A DNA stretch of 63,656 bases, the filler included, from Chiloscyllium plagiosum (taxonomy: Eukaryota), in the NCBI RefSeq assembly GCF_004010195.1. It is 3 parts of one record of this genome, joined end to end, with 100 filler letters (N's around TTAATTAATTAA, not from the genome) between each part and the next. Parts side by side here need not be neighbours in the genome. Positions count along the whole stretch, not along the records: positions 15,168 to 40,872 come from NC_057714.1; positions 40,973 to 63,656 come from NC_057714.1; 1 more part is not named here. One strand, given 5' to 3'. How positions within the stretch are numbered: position 1 is the first letter of the stretch; each line of letters starts with the position of its first letter. A program made the translations under genes and the position numbers. The notes below the pieces were generated by a model, which had not been told where the DNA came from, searched no databases, and saw nothing but the letters and a program-made list of their open reading frames with translations. Shown here one piece after another: positions 34,361 through 46,899 of the stretch.

Positions 34361-36543
34361 TGTTAATAAGGCTACACCTGGAAACAGTTTCGGTCGCCAA
34401 ATTTAAGAAGGAGGATATATATGGCATAGGAGGTGATTCAAAAGAGATTCGCTTGGGGCTGATTCCTGGAATGCAGAGGTCGACTTATCAAACAGCTTTA
34501 AAAGATTAGATTTTAATTTATCAGAAATCAGAAGAATGACGGGTGATCTTATTGAAATATATAAGAATCTGAGGGAGCTTGGCAGGGTAGATGTTGGGAA
34601 TATGTTTCTTCCAGTGGAGGAATCTCGAGCTAACGAATAAAGGACATGTTTAAAACCGAGAAACAAAGGAGTTTTTCTTCCAGAGAGTAATGAATGTCTG
34701 GAATTCTCCACCCCAGAGACTTGTGGTGGCTAGACCATTGGAAGTATTTTAAAGAGTAGGTAAGTAAGTGAGAGGAGTTAGTCACATGCTTCTATGCAGC
34801 CTTTGAGTTCTTGCAGTATCTTTGTGCTTTCTGACTCACAGATGCCACTTTTCAGGTCATCAATGATTAAGTATCCTTCACAGAGATGACTACCTTCAAA
34901 CTGCAGTGACAAACAACTGAGTAAAATTGCTTGTGACCAGTATTTGCACCCCACCCACAGTTGGATACAGCTTGCATTTCACATGCACGATGGCATGATC
35001 ACTGATAGCTTCAACCGGTGGAAGCGCGTGGTTAATGCAATTGCCTCTTGAAGAGACTCACATCACTTGAGGTAGAGTCTGAGAGTGCAGGCAGGCAAGA
35101 AACATTGTCTCTGCCACTCTGGGTGTGGGCACATTGCAAAGTTTCAAGTCAATTGAGTATGGCAGGAATCATAGTTGGCAGTTGGCGCGGTGAGTCATAG
35201 GTTCAGTTTAGTAATCAAGGCCTACATCCCCCTTTCTTTCTGGCATTATCTGGCCAGCTCATCAGTACTAACCCTCCATACCTTGCCCCTCACAACCTGC
35301 AATGAGCACATGTCTCATAATTGACCGCTGAGCCCTAGCCCTCCAACTAAATCTTGTCCACCGGCATGTTGCACAGTGCCCCTGTCGAGGTCACAGAGGT
35401 GATAACCATTAATAACAATCTCTCCTGCAGTATCATATGTCTCCCATTGCAATATCGTCTCACCCTTCTGAGCCCAACTTCCTCTCTTCGCCATTCTTGT
35501 CCCCTCTGCAGCCCAAGTGACTGCATCCAATCCCCAGCATTGTTTTCTTCAACTTCCTTAACACAGCAGTATCTCCAAAAATCCTCTATTATCTTTAATT
35601 CACATGGCCCACAGGACTAACAGTCAGCCCACAATCTCTGTCTGGATTGACCTGAACAGCCAGCCCTGACTGAGCTACATACAGTGCCTGATGGACTCAC
35701 TGCGATCCCGTAACTGTTAGCACTAACCATGCAGATCCCAGACTGGGATGATTGAGTCCAAACCCATTGCCTCCAATCTGATGATTTCTGTGATTTGCTG
35801 TACCAGGAGACTGACTGATGACAGGCCTCAATGACTTGGTTGAGGACTGCTCCCTCCAGACTTTGAGACATGGCCTTTTGGCTAAATGATGTGCAGTGTG
35901 CTTGCTGTATAGGTTGCTAGCACATGGTGTTGACATGAGATTGACAAAGCACAGTGCCATGTAACATATCCATCCTGTTGACTGATCACGACTGACAACC
36001 AGGGCAGGGTGCCCTAGCTATGTGTCTGACCTAAACAGTAAGGTTTGATCAAAGTTCTGTGAATCTTTAAGCTCTATTGAGGTGCAAAGTGTCAAAAGAA
36101 AGAAATGCTGTTAGCATCCAAGTAGGTACCAAGTGAGTGAACACTGAGAGCACAAATGAACAACTCTCAGATCAAGCCTATCCATGAGCTGGATGCCTGT
36201 CTCTGGACAATGGGTTCCTGCAGCAGAATTCCAGCAAAAGATGCCTATGCACTCCAAAGAGCAGCACTGAAACCCAAAACCATCCTGTCAATGGAGCAGA
36301 GATGTGTCATGATAATACAGTGAAGCTGGTACATGTTAGGTATCAAAGTCCATGGATAGGCACGCTACATGGGCATCGACTGCATGTATCCCCCAAGCAC
36401 AGACCTTAGTGCCTGACATGTACCAGCCTCATCATGTTATGAGGAGCTGGTTTACATTATTTCTTTTGCTCTGATTTTGACATCTTTGAGGACATATTGC
36501 ACTCTCTCAGGGGATCTTATCAAGGAATTAAGAAACTGTACTT

Positions 36544-37433
36544 TGTTATAATTGTGCTAAAACTGGATTGCTAATATTCTATTTTCACCATTGGCTTTCA
36601 TATTAAGAGTGGTTTAAAAAAAAAACTCATTATCTCAAATGGCTGATGTTACCCCACATAGTAAGTCCAAGTCACCCACATAAAATATACAAAATTGCCT
36701 GCATCAATATTACAATTTTCATAAAGAGGCACTAAAATTCAGAGAGTTATCAAGAAACTCATGCTTCTTATTTTATTCACATTTGCTGATAAATTTTCAT
36801 ATTGGGAGCTAAAAGGTCACCTGCAGAATTTTCAGTTTGGAACCACAATGGAGCCAGTCAGTAAACATACACATGGGACACACGTCCGAACTTGGTTTTC
36901 AGCATCAAAAAGACAGGAATCAAGATGGACTGATAACAGCAAGGACGTTAAAAGCTCTACCCTCTCTTTCTCTCTCAACCTCAAAGACTACTGGAAAAGC
37001 AACTTGGATCATCAACTATTCACTGAAAACTCCATAACTTCAAATTTTACAACTGCTGAAGTAATAAGACAAAAGCTAAACAGCTTCAATTTCAACTGAA
37101 CACTTCAAGGATTCTACAAACTTTAAGCAGTAGCTGACTTTACCTTCCTGCCAGTATAGACAACACCTTTTCTTTTTTAAGCTCATTAACTATGTGTGTA
37201 TGTTTTTGATGCCATGATTTTAACAAATTTTCAAGAGCAGTTATAATAAATTCATCTTTCTGTCACTCCGAGAAACCTTGGGCTTGACTCCTTTCATTTT
37301 TAATCTAGTTAATTAAGTTTTAATTTAGAGTGACAGCTGTACACTAAAATAATTTTTTAAAACTTTTTTGCAACCAACTGCGACAGGGTTAAAAAAGAGC
37401 AATGCCGATCCCTCATCTCATCTGGTTGTAACA
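36544..37433 (+). mobile_element. Possible old solo LTR (Gypsy-type)
   Basis: TGTTATAA...TTGTAACA inverted ends, AATAAA near 37245; TSD not preserved. Confidence 0.45.
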
Positions 37434-38284
37434 ATGTTCTCAAATTTGGAGATGTAAGTAACAATCATTAAGTGGAAATCCAGTAATACTTATATCATTA
37501 CTGATTCATCGTACATCAAAATTGGTAATGAGGAGAATGCTTTCTGTTAAATAAAAATAAGCCATGGGTACGTTGAGAGGATTTGCAGATTGACAAACAC
37601 CCTTTTTGACAACATTATGAACATACCTTCTATAATTGATTCATTAGCTGTAATTTAATTAGTGCTACTACTTGTACAAGCATCTGTTTCAAGACTAGTT
37701 ACCACTTTAATACAGTAGTATGATTAATGTGGTTAATGCAAAATACCAAATATAATTTTTTTTAGTCATGTATCAGTATCAAAACAACTTCCTTGGCCTT
37801 GTTAATTATTACAGGGAATACAAATTAAAAATAATCAAGTTAAACTTAAATCTAACTGCCCAGGCCTAATTACACTTGGATAGCATTCACATTTAAGGCA
37901 ATAATCCAAATATATTTTAGATGCAACTGTTTTGGACGTTTGTATCTATTTATTGATAGTTTATGAATGAAGTACATTTTCGCAATGGAAAATAAACATC
38001 CAGATATTGTTTTCTAATCTGCTAATTAGTCCTGATCAGATTACTTCTTAAAATCCGTCATCCCAGATCCAATTCTCTCAAAATTTCCCTCATGGCTCAT
38101 TCCATTAAAAACAGAAATACATCACTTTCCTGCAGTCTTCAGTTCCTGATTATTTACATCATGAATACTAAAATCGGAAGCAATATTTCAGGTGCCATCT
38201 GAATAGCCGCCCATGATTCCCTTCCGACTTGGTTCTCCTATCCTGTCACTACGATGCAACTCTTCCTAGAGTCAAATGAGGAAC

Positions 38285-38879
38285 AGTGAAGTCATGTTGC
38301 GACTGTACATGACATTGGTTTGGCCACTTTTGGAATATAGTGTTCAATTCTGGTCTCACAGCTTTAGAAAGGATGTTGTTAAATTTGAAAGGATGCAGAA
38401 AAGATTTACTGGGATACTGCCGGGTTGGAAGGTTTGAGCTATAGAGAGAGAGAGGCTGAACAGGCTGGGGCTGTTTTCCCTGAGCATTGGAGGCTGAGGG
38501 GTGACCTTATACAGGTTTGTAAAATCATGAGGAGCTTGAATAAGGTGAATAGCCAAGGTCTTTTTCCCAGGGTAGTGGAGTCCAAAATGGGAAGGCATAG
38601 GTTTAAGGTGAAAGGGGAAAGATTTAAAAGGACCCTAAGGAGCAAATTTTCCATGCAGAAGTGGTGTGTTTGTATAGAATGAGTTGACCGAGGAAATGGT
38701 AGATGCAGGTATAATTACAATATTTAAAAGGCATTTGGATGGGTACATGAATTGGAAGGGTTTAGAAGGATATGGGCGAAATGCTGGCAAATGGGACTAG
38801 ATCAATTTAGGATATCTGATCAGCATGGACGAGTTTGACCGAAGGGTCTGTTTTTGTGCTGTACATCTCTATGACTCTA
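38285..38879 (+). mobile_element. CR1 3' fragment
   Basis: RLRGDLIQVCKIM; tail ctctatgactct. Confidence 0.85.
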
Positions 38880-40700
38880 ATCAGCTCCCCTCTTTTAAAT
38901 AGTAGCTACCTCCTCCCCCAACCCCAGCTTGGCTGCTAAGATTTTTAATTCTTTTTAGCCTGGACTAAGTACCTAAGGAATTAAGCATTTATGAATGGTG
39001 GAATCTCTCAGAGGAGAAACAGAAGAGAGACAGGAACAAAGTTAATGTTTCAGCTGCATGACCTTTCAACAGAACATGAAATATTAGAGATTTAAAAGGT
39101 TTTGACAAAGCTGTGGGTTTTAAGTTAGGAAGTAATATTGCAACGTTGTCTGTATTTTGGAAAATTTGAGCAGTTTATTTACTAAAAATGTTTTACTCAA
39201 GAACTCTTGTCAGACAGAGGGACATAGAATTTAGTTTGCAATTCAACTTGATTTTATTAACAAAATATTCCATACTTACAACACCATGTGACCATTCCCA
39301 CAATATTTACTTTTTATCTCGCTTTATCCATCTGAGAAAGGATGCTCTATGTGTTTGAACTGGGCTGTTGGAATCTCCTTCCTCTCTGACATAGGGCTGG
39401 CTCTCTCAGGTCAATATGGATCCCCTCCTGCGTCTTCTAGGTTTGCTGTACAGTTTGCTGTACAGTCTTCCACTACAAGTCCTGCTGCAAGTCTTCACTG
39501 AGAGGGTGGGTTCAGGGTGAGTCTTTATATCTGCCTTTGCCCTGGACCTTCCAGAATGTTCTGTGGCTTTTGACCAATATGGTCTTGAGCTGAGTTCAAA
39601 GCATCCAATGGAGTCGCACCAACACCCTTCACTGTTTCCATACATGTCCTTAGGGAAGTCAGAGTGTCAGAAAGATAGCTCCATACTTCTCTAATACCCA
39701 ACCCTCAAGCTGGTTGTAGCTGGCTCACCCTGAACCTTTGTGACCTCTTTGGCCTTGGTTTCTACTGTTCTCTGGAGACGATATCTGCTGGTCGCTGTTT
39801 AATTCAGTTTGACCAACTTACTGTCAGGTCCAATCTTTCTGGCTGTGGGTCAATTTAGAATGTCCACGTTTGAGCCCATGGTCACTTGACCACAGCTAAG
39901 CTATCTGACTGCTCTCTGAATGCTGTGGAACAGTACAGGCTTTCAAAGCCCTGCATTGACGTTTCCTGATTTTCAAGTTGGTTTCACTCACTGCCGTGCT
40001 TGCACAAATAGATGTGCAAAGGAACCTCCTGAGGACCTTGCATGTAACTCCATTTGTCTGTGCGTGCCATCATTTTCTGAGAAGACACAATGACAAGTGT
40101 AACTCACAACAGAAGGTTTCCTGTTCGAGTTTAGTCCAGCAAATATGAAATGGAACCCAACCTTCCAGAATGTAATTAGCTACTTCTTCTTTTCAAAGTA
40201 TGATTACATTTGCAAGAAAGCAAGTGGTCAATGAGCTACAAGATGGTGGGATTCTGCTAGCAAAATATTTCTAGCAGCTTCTCCGTGGAATGATTAGGTG
40301 ATTGTACCAGGGATGCATAATGCTTTCGGAACAATGTCTGATACTTGATAACATGCTTAAACTGAGTACCAGGTACCTGCTTTTGTGCAGCTCCATTCGG
40401 TCACATCCTTAACTTGTTATAGCACTTCCTCTTTATTTCCATAAATTCATGGTTCTTGTACAAGGGTTTAAAGAAGCCTTACTACAACAGTGTGACTGGA
40501 AACTGACCTATTAAGAAAGGTTGTTTGGATGTGCGGCTCAAGTCACAATTACTATTTGTGTTAGAACTTTCTCATTTGATTGACAACAATGCCCATTGTC
40601 CTGTCAATGCAGTTCAGAAGGAATGTGCATAAACTTTAACATGTTTCTTCAAATCATTCACTTCAAGTGCCAAAATACCCGATGACAGCCAAGTTAATAA

Positions 40701-40872
40701 GTAAAAACAATGACTGCAGATGCTGGAAACCACATTCTGGATTAGTGGTGCTGGAAAAGCACAGCAGTTCAGGCAGCACTACTGCTCTTCGGATGCTGCC
40801 TGAACTGCTGTGCATTTTCCAGCACCACTAATCCAGAATGTGGTTTCCAGCATCTGCAGTCATTGTTTTTAC
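40701..40872. mobile_element. Near-perfect palindrome of PLE termini (hammerhead centre absent), abutting gap
   Basis: gtaaaaacaatgactgcagatgctgg... mirrored by ...ccagcatctgcagtcattgtttttac. Confidence 0.8.
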
Positions 40873-40972
40873 NNNNNNNNNNNNNNNNNNNNNNNNNNNN
40901 NNNNNNNNNNNNNNNNTTAATTAATTAANNNNNNNNNNNNNNNNNNNNNNNNNNNNNNNNNNNNNNNNNNNN
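40873..40972. other. Assembly gap with TTAATTAATTAA linker
   Basis: N-run with 12-mer at 40917-40928. Confidence 0.95.
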
Positions 40973-42111
40973 TTATCTTTCGCTTTCCCTTACTAACTAA
41001 ATGTCCCACGTATTTCACTTCTCGCTCCACATATTGTAGTTTGTTTTTAGATACTCGCAGTCCTTGCTGACCCAGGAAATTCAATAATTTGTTAGTGGCT
41101 TCTACTACTCTTTCTCTTCTTTTTCCTGTTACTAAGAGGTCATTTACACACTGCAACAGGGTAGTTCCCTTGGGGCTGCTAAATTTCTCCAATATTTGTT
41201 CGAACATCTATCCAAATAAATTCGGGGATTCCATAAACCCCTGGGGGAGCATGGTCCACCGGTATTGCTGTTTCCGTTCTGTCTTGGGATCTTCCCATTC
41301 AAAGGCAAACAAATTCCTACTTTCGTCCGCCAAGGGATAAGCCCAAAAGGCATCCTTTAAATCTATCACACTAACCCATTTGTTATCATGAGGGATCTTA
41401 CTTAATAACGTATAGGGATTTGGCACCACTAGGTGCCTGATCTGTATTATTTGATTCAATGTTCTCAAATCCTGCACCAATCGATAAGTTCCATTGGATT
41501 TCCGTACTGGTAGGATTGGGGTATTATAAGGAGACATACATGGCTCCAACAGTCCATCTCTAATCAGTCCCTCAATTACTGGCTGCAGTCCTCGTTTACC
41601 TTCTACGAAAATGGGATATTGTCGCTCACAGACAACATCCTCTTTCCTTTTTAAACTTATTTCTAGGGGAGGGATCTGTATTTTTCCACGATTCCCTTCT
41701 CTAGCCCATACAATAGGGTCTACCTCTCTCTCTCCACATCCTCTGTCAACATTGCTATTTGTACAACTAATTATTTTTCCTGAATTCCAATCTCCAGTCC
41801 TAAAAGGATAACTAAATCTCTCCCTAGTAAGTTACTTCCTATATCGGGGATATACAACAGTTCCCCTGTGACTGTATCCTTAGGACCTTCTATCATCATA
41901 GGTTCAAATACTGGAACAGTAAATCCATCCCCTTTTACCCCCGAAACAGTAATTGATCGTGTTGACATTCCTACTTTCTTTGTTTAAAATTCAGCAATGA
42001 CCGTGCCGCCCCCGTATCTACTAGGAAGACTACCTCTTCCCTACAGGATCCCCCCTTCAAGTTTATCAAGGGTTTCTGGTGGGCCCCCGAGGGCAGGAAC
42101 CCCTGACACCC
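40973..42111 (-). pseudogene. pol: ERV protease + reverse transcriptase
   Basis: FLVDTGA, NLLGRDL, SPYNTPILPVRK, YRLVQDLR, VIDLKDAFW, LPQGFMESPNLFG, LLQCVNDLL (decayed YVDD); frameshifts and stops. Confidence 0.93.
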
Positions 42112-43687
42112 CTATTCTTCACCAAAATCCATAAGTGGAATTGCCCTTTCTTCCCTTTGTAGATCAGGACACTATTCTTAAAATGCCCTATCTTTCCGCA
42201 ATAGCATCCTGCCTGTGGAGACTTCAATCTCTGCCCCTGTCGCCCAAACCCTCTATCAAATGCTCCCCCTTGTCCTCTCCCTCTCCCTCTTCCTCTCTGT
42301 CCTACATGCTGCTACCCGCCGCTCCGGTTGCTCACTATTGGTTCCATTCTTTTCTTAACTACCTCATCAACTGTAGCTACCATCATTTTTGCCTTCTGTT
42401 TTTGTCTCTCATCCTCTCTCTTTACAAACACTTTCTGTGCCTCTCTTAACAATTCATCTAATGGTTTTTCGCTCCACCCTTCTATCTTCTGTATCTTTCT
42501 CTGTACGTCTGGCCATCCCTTTGTCACAAAATGTACTTTCAAAAGACCCTGTGCCACTGGGTCCTCAGGGTTCATTCCAGAGTATTTCCGCATTGAGTCT
42601 CTTAATCTTTGCAAGAAAGCTGGGGGAGTCTCATCTACTGCCTCTCTTATTCCTTTTAGAATCAGGTCTTTCAATTCCCTCATTTCTTTCCTATGCTCCG
42701 GGTTTTGATTTTCCCACTGGGGGTCTCTGAGGGGAAACTTCGTCTCTCCCTGTCCAGCATCCCCATCTCCAATGGGATGTTCCCTGTCTCATATTTTAAT
42801 GGCTGCTCCTCATATAAGTCCCCTTTCTTCCCCAGTAAATAGTATATTCAAAATAGACATTAACTCAGTCCACGTATACATACTGGGCCCCAAGAATTGA
42901 TCAATTTGTTCAGACAACCCTACCGGATCCTCAACCAGGACCTTTATCTCCTTTTTAAATGTTCTGACCTCCCCACTGGTGAGGGGGGCACTTACAAACC
43001 CAATCTCTTTGTCCCCTATGGGTACCTCCCAAAGGGGATAAGTCTTTACATTCTTCCCCTTTTTTTGTTTTTGTTTTTTCCCACTTAGGCTTTGGTTGAG
43101 ATACTCCGGAGGCCTCCTCTACATCTACTTTATCTTCCCTTCCTTTTGTTGAGGATTGAAGGTCGGGAACAACAACATCCCCGTCCACCGCCCCTTCGTT
43201 CTCCTCTTGTGGGTCATCCGTTCCCTGTCCCTGTCTGTCTGTCTCTTCTCCCCCATTTTCATCTAACCTGATTTTATGGTACGGGGGGTGGGGGGTGCAA
43301 GCAGCCAAGAGGATCCCAGGGACTGGGTGGAGCCGAAGGGGAATTCTTTGTCTTTACTACCATCATTCCCAAACTGCCCTTCCAACAGGACGCATAGTCC
43401 GCCTCGTCTTGACTAAAAGGTTGTTTTTTATTCACATACAAATCTAAATACTGACATACCCAATGCTTGTCCGAACCATACTTTGGCCAGAAGATAGCTG
43501 GGCGAAGGATTGGTTCTTTGGTCCATACTAAACAATAATATTTAATCATTTTCTTTTTATCTTCTGCCCTTGTACAAGTGTTACTTGTCCATTCCCGCAA
43601 CATCCTCCCCAACGGACTTTCAGGAGGAATGTTACCAGGGACTTTTTCTTCCTTTACTCCGTCACAGTTACTCGGCATACCCCCCAT
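42112..43687 (-). pseudogene. gag: ERV gag
   Basis: MG start at 43687, IPPESPLGRML...WPKYGS matrix, proline-rich PPY late-domain region, MHR remnant DETPPAFLQRLR, decayed CCHC knuckle (GCYCGKIGHFK), TAG at 42114-42112. Confidence 0.9.
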
Positions 43688-43983
43688 TTCTCGGGGCCCT
43701 TGCCAGTCCATCAGCGATTAAATACCCCTTTTCCCGGCCATCAAGGCAATACTTAAAAGTCAGTTTTCTTACCTTGGTCTGTGCACACAGTTGCCTGGCC
43801 CCTTTTAGCCGTATTTTCTATTGACCTCCTTTCACTGTCTGATTCAGATGTCTCGCTTGTGGGATTCATACCAGTCGCCCAAGGGAGCGGACCAAACCGG
43901 GACACGAGACCGCTCCTCAATTGGGAACGGGACGCGTCTTCCCAGTGTCCAGGGGCAGCCACTCCCCCCAGCGATGGAAGAAC

Positions 43984-44000
43984 ATCCCAGACGGCCCCCA
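43984..44000 (-). promoter_or_regulatory. Primer-binding site, tRNA-Pro type
   Basis: TGGGGGC-CGTCTGGGAT versus canonical TGGGGGCTCGTCCGGGAT, 2 nt after the LTR terminal ...TCTCACA. Confidence 0.85.
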
Positions 44001-44002
44001 AT

Positions 44003-44732
44003 TGTGAGAAACAAAGCTCACTCACTTCAATAATTTCAGTCCAAGACAAGACCTGAAGCAATCAGTATGTCAATTATACGCTTGCAAGCGTGGTGCCTGG
44101 AATAGGGCACACAGTGTTTAGCAAGTACATATCTTATAAAGGATTCACTACTCCAAACACGGTGCCCATTACTATTGTTTATCTCTTGCTGAAAATGTGT
44201 TGCTGGAAAAGCACAGCAGGTCAGGCAGCATCCAAGGAACAGGAGAATTGACGTTTCGGTCGATTCTCCTGCTCCTTGGATGCTGCCTGACCTGCTGTGC
44301 TTTTCCAGCAACACATTTTCAGCTCTGATCTCCAGCATCTGCAGTCCTCACTTTCTCCTATTGTTTATCACTTGCCTTATCCGGCCTTGTGCATAACAAA
44401 GTACAAGTTTTACTCAGCCATTTCACCACATCCTGCTGTGGCCCATTGTTAGGTATATCCTTCTTCACTATTATCTAGTTCCTCCACCTGTGACATTTCC
44501 TCTCTTTCCCCAACCATATTGATCCTTATGTCCTTTTAATTGGGGTTTGTTTTTGTGTTTTTGCAAAAGTGGGAACAGATGCTTATAACTACTGCTTGTA
44601 TAAGCTTGTATAACCGACATCCTCACAGCACCTTATCTATTTGTCTGTAACATCTACCATTGTTTGTAGGCACATTTCATTCTTGTATGCACATTTCAGC
44701 TAATACAAAAACAATTATATATTTCTTCCACA
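44003..44732 (-). repeat. ERV 5' LTR
   Basis: Ends CA next to the PBS; TATA-like TTTATAAG near 44133-44140; starts TGTGG at 44732 (alternative 44842). Confidence 0.7.
44190..44357. mobile_element. Palindromic PLE-terminus element inserted in the LTR
   Basis: Inverted arms; ~18-bp TSD ctattgtttatc(t/a)cttgc at 44172-44189 and 44358-44375. Confidence 0.88.
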
Positions 44733-45480
44733 TTCTTGTTGACTCAGCTCTTGGCTGAAACATTATATACTGGTGTGAATGCATTTACCTTGCATAAGTA
44801 ATTATGATTACAGAAGTAACACTATTTTACCTATATCCCACACGTTGAGGATGCCTTAATTAAAATGCTGTTGCTCTATGAAGGCCAGTTCCTTCTGCAT
44901 TGAACAATAGCTTTGTTTCACGGTCAGCTCCATATACTACTGCATGTCCTCTTTCCTGCTTGCTCTAGACCTATTTGTGAGGCAGCCTTTTGGAGAACTG
45001 TTCTGTACGGTGCTGCAGAATTCTACCCACGTCTTAATGGACTAGGTGGGTAAAACACAATCTGAAGAATGGATATACAGATGCCCACACTCGCATGGGG
45101 AAGGCAGGTGTATGTCATGCCACCAGTACCATTTTAACCTCCTGCTCCATGTTAAATACCTTCCTGCTAACTTGAAAGCCTCTCTACCATCTACAAAGCA
45201 CAGGTTGAAACTAGGATAGAATTTTATCTTTAGCAAATGCAAAATGCTATCCAGGATAGCTTGACTGGCACCCCATTTACCACCTCTTCCATACCTTTGT
45301 TACTCTTAGACTTGACTATTTCACAGCCTCTGACCATCCATGGCCTGAGATCATCCACATTTTCCTGCCTCACCTAACCTTTTGAGCGTCTTCTGTTTTA
45401 ATCACTGCCCATTGGTCACTTTGCCTTCAGATCCCATGGCACTGAGTTGTGTGCTCCCCCACTACATCTCCACACCTCAT

Positions 45481-45550
45481 GACCATAAGACCATAAGACC
45501 ATAAGACATAGGAGCGGAAGTAAGCTATTCGGCCCATCGCGTCCACTCCG
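45481..45550 (-). mobile_element. Very short CR1 3' end inside an L2 remnant
   Basis: (gaccataa)3 tail; CATGAC on both sides. Confidence 0.7.
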
Positions 45551-46899
45551 CATGACATCTCTTTCTCCCTTTAAGATGCTCAATAAAAAGTATGGCCTGG
45601 ACTTTCCGATGATCAGTCAGTCTCTTTTCCAACATAGATGGGATTAGCGCATGGCAACCCTGTGGAAATGAACTGCGTAGGTACCTGAGGAGTTGCAAAT
45701 GGTGGAATGTATTGTCCGATGATCAGTGAACATTCTACTTCTGATCCTTTGATGCAGGGAACGTCATTGATGAAGCAGATGAGTTGAGTCTGCAATTCCT
45801 GCAATGATGTCTTCTGGCTGATTAGCCTCCAGCAAGCACAAACATGATCCTTTGTACTCAAATGACCCCAACCATAGAATCATAGGGATTTTATGACATG
45901 GCCAAATGTTGTGTGCTATCCAGGAGTAACATGCTAGAAAGAGATTAACTACATGGTTTTCTCCAACTGCAAATCGTGGCCTGGGCTGTTAAATAAACCT
46001 GCATGAGATTTTCAAATATATTAAACCCACTCTGTCAAATTGATGCAACTCACTAATAAACAAGGAATATAATCTGGTGATGAACTATGCTTGACACCCA
46101 GAGGAGTTGGACCCAGACATGAATTAACATGGTGCAGAAATTACTGAGACCCAGAGGAAAAAAAGCCACAAAAACAATGAGTGCTCAATTTGTAACAAAA
46201 ATATTTAAAGCCATAGCCAAAAGTGGCAGAAGGCTGAATTTTAAAATATTAATAGCCTTGTTGCTGGCTCTCTACATTGAGTAACCTTATAGTCACAACA
46301 TGGCAATTAATGTTCCAGTTATCAATAGCACTTGAAAAGGACAGGGAACATCAAAAAGATGATCACATATCGCTGGTGTGAATTAGAAAGCCACAAATGT
46401 CCCTGTCTGAATATAAGCTCTTTGAACAAATGATGGGAGCTCTGTTTTTTTAGATTTAGCAGTTCTAGAACTAGGCAAGGGAAACCATGAAAATAAAGAT
46501 ACAGTCAGTTCTGATATAAAGTGATAGTTCCATTCCTATGTGACCCCACATTATAAGAAAATCACGTAATAGCAGCACAGTTTAAACTAATGGGGCCAGA
46601 ATCACTTTATAACCAATAGAAGCAAGAAAAATTCACCTTCTACAAATAAAGGCCTAAATTCTTCAATCACATTATAGCTAATTTGCATTGAAAAAAAGTG
46701 TGTTATAGCAAGAACCGATTGCAGCTACTGGAAATAAGAGGATACAAAGAATCAACACTTCAGACCTCTCTCATTAGCACTACAGAGAGCTCAAGCTAAG
46801 CCATGGAAATTGCTGGAAAATCAGCTTCATATGAAAGTAAACTTTAGAATTCACCTACTAGAGTTGATATCTTACAACAGTCTCAAGAATTAATTAATT

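Larger units (their letters stand above)
32250..34760 (+). mobile_element. Old CR1 ORF2 3' portion split by two later insertions
   Basis: KFADN at ~32346, KANG at ~32638; resumes at ~34010 and ~34365. Confidence 0.65.
40973..44732 (-). mobile_element. Class I endogenous retrovirus, 5' half (LTR-PBS-gag-pro-RT), truncated by gap
   Basis: Colinear LTR end, PBS, gag, TAG, protease and RT; outer LTR boundary either 44732 or 44842. Confidence 0.92.

Noticed and set aside
39300..40690. Possible second degraded Gypsy internal region on the minus strand
   Set aside because: Could not recover any unambiguous motif by eye
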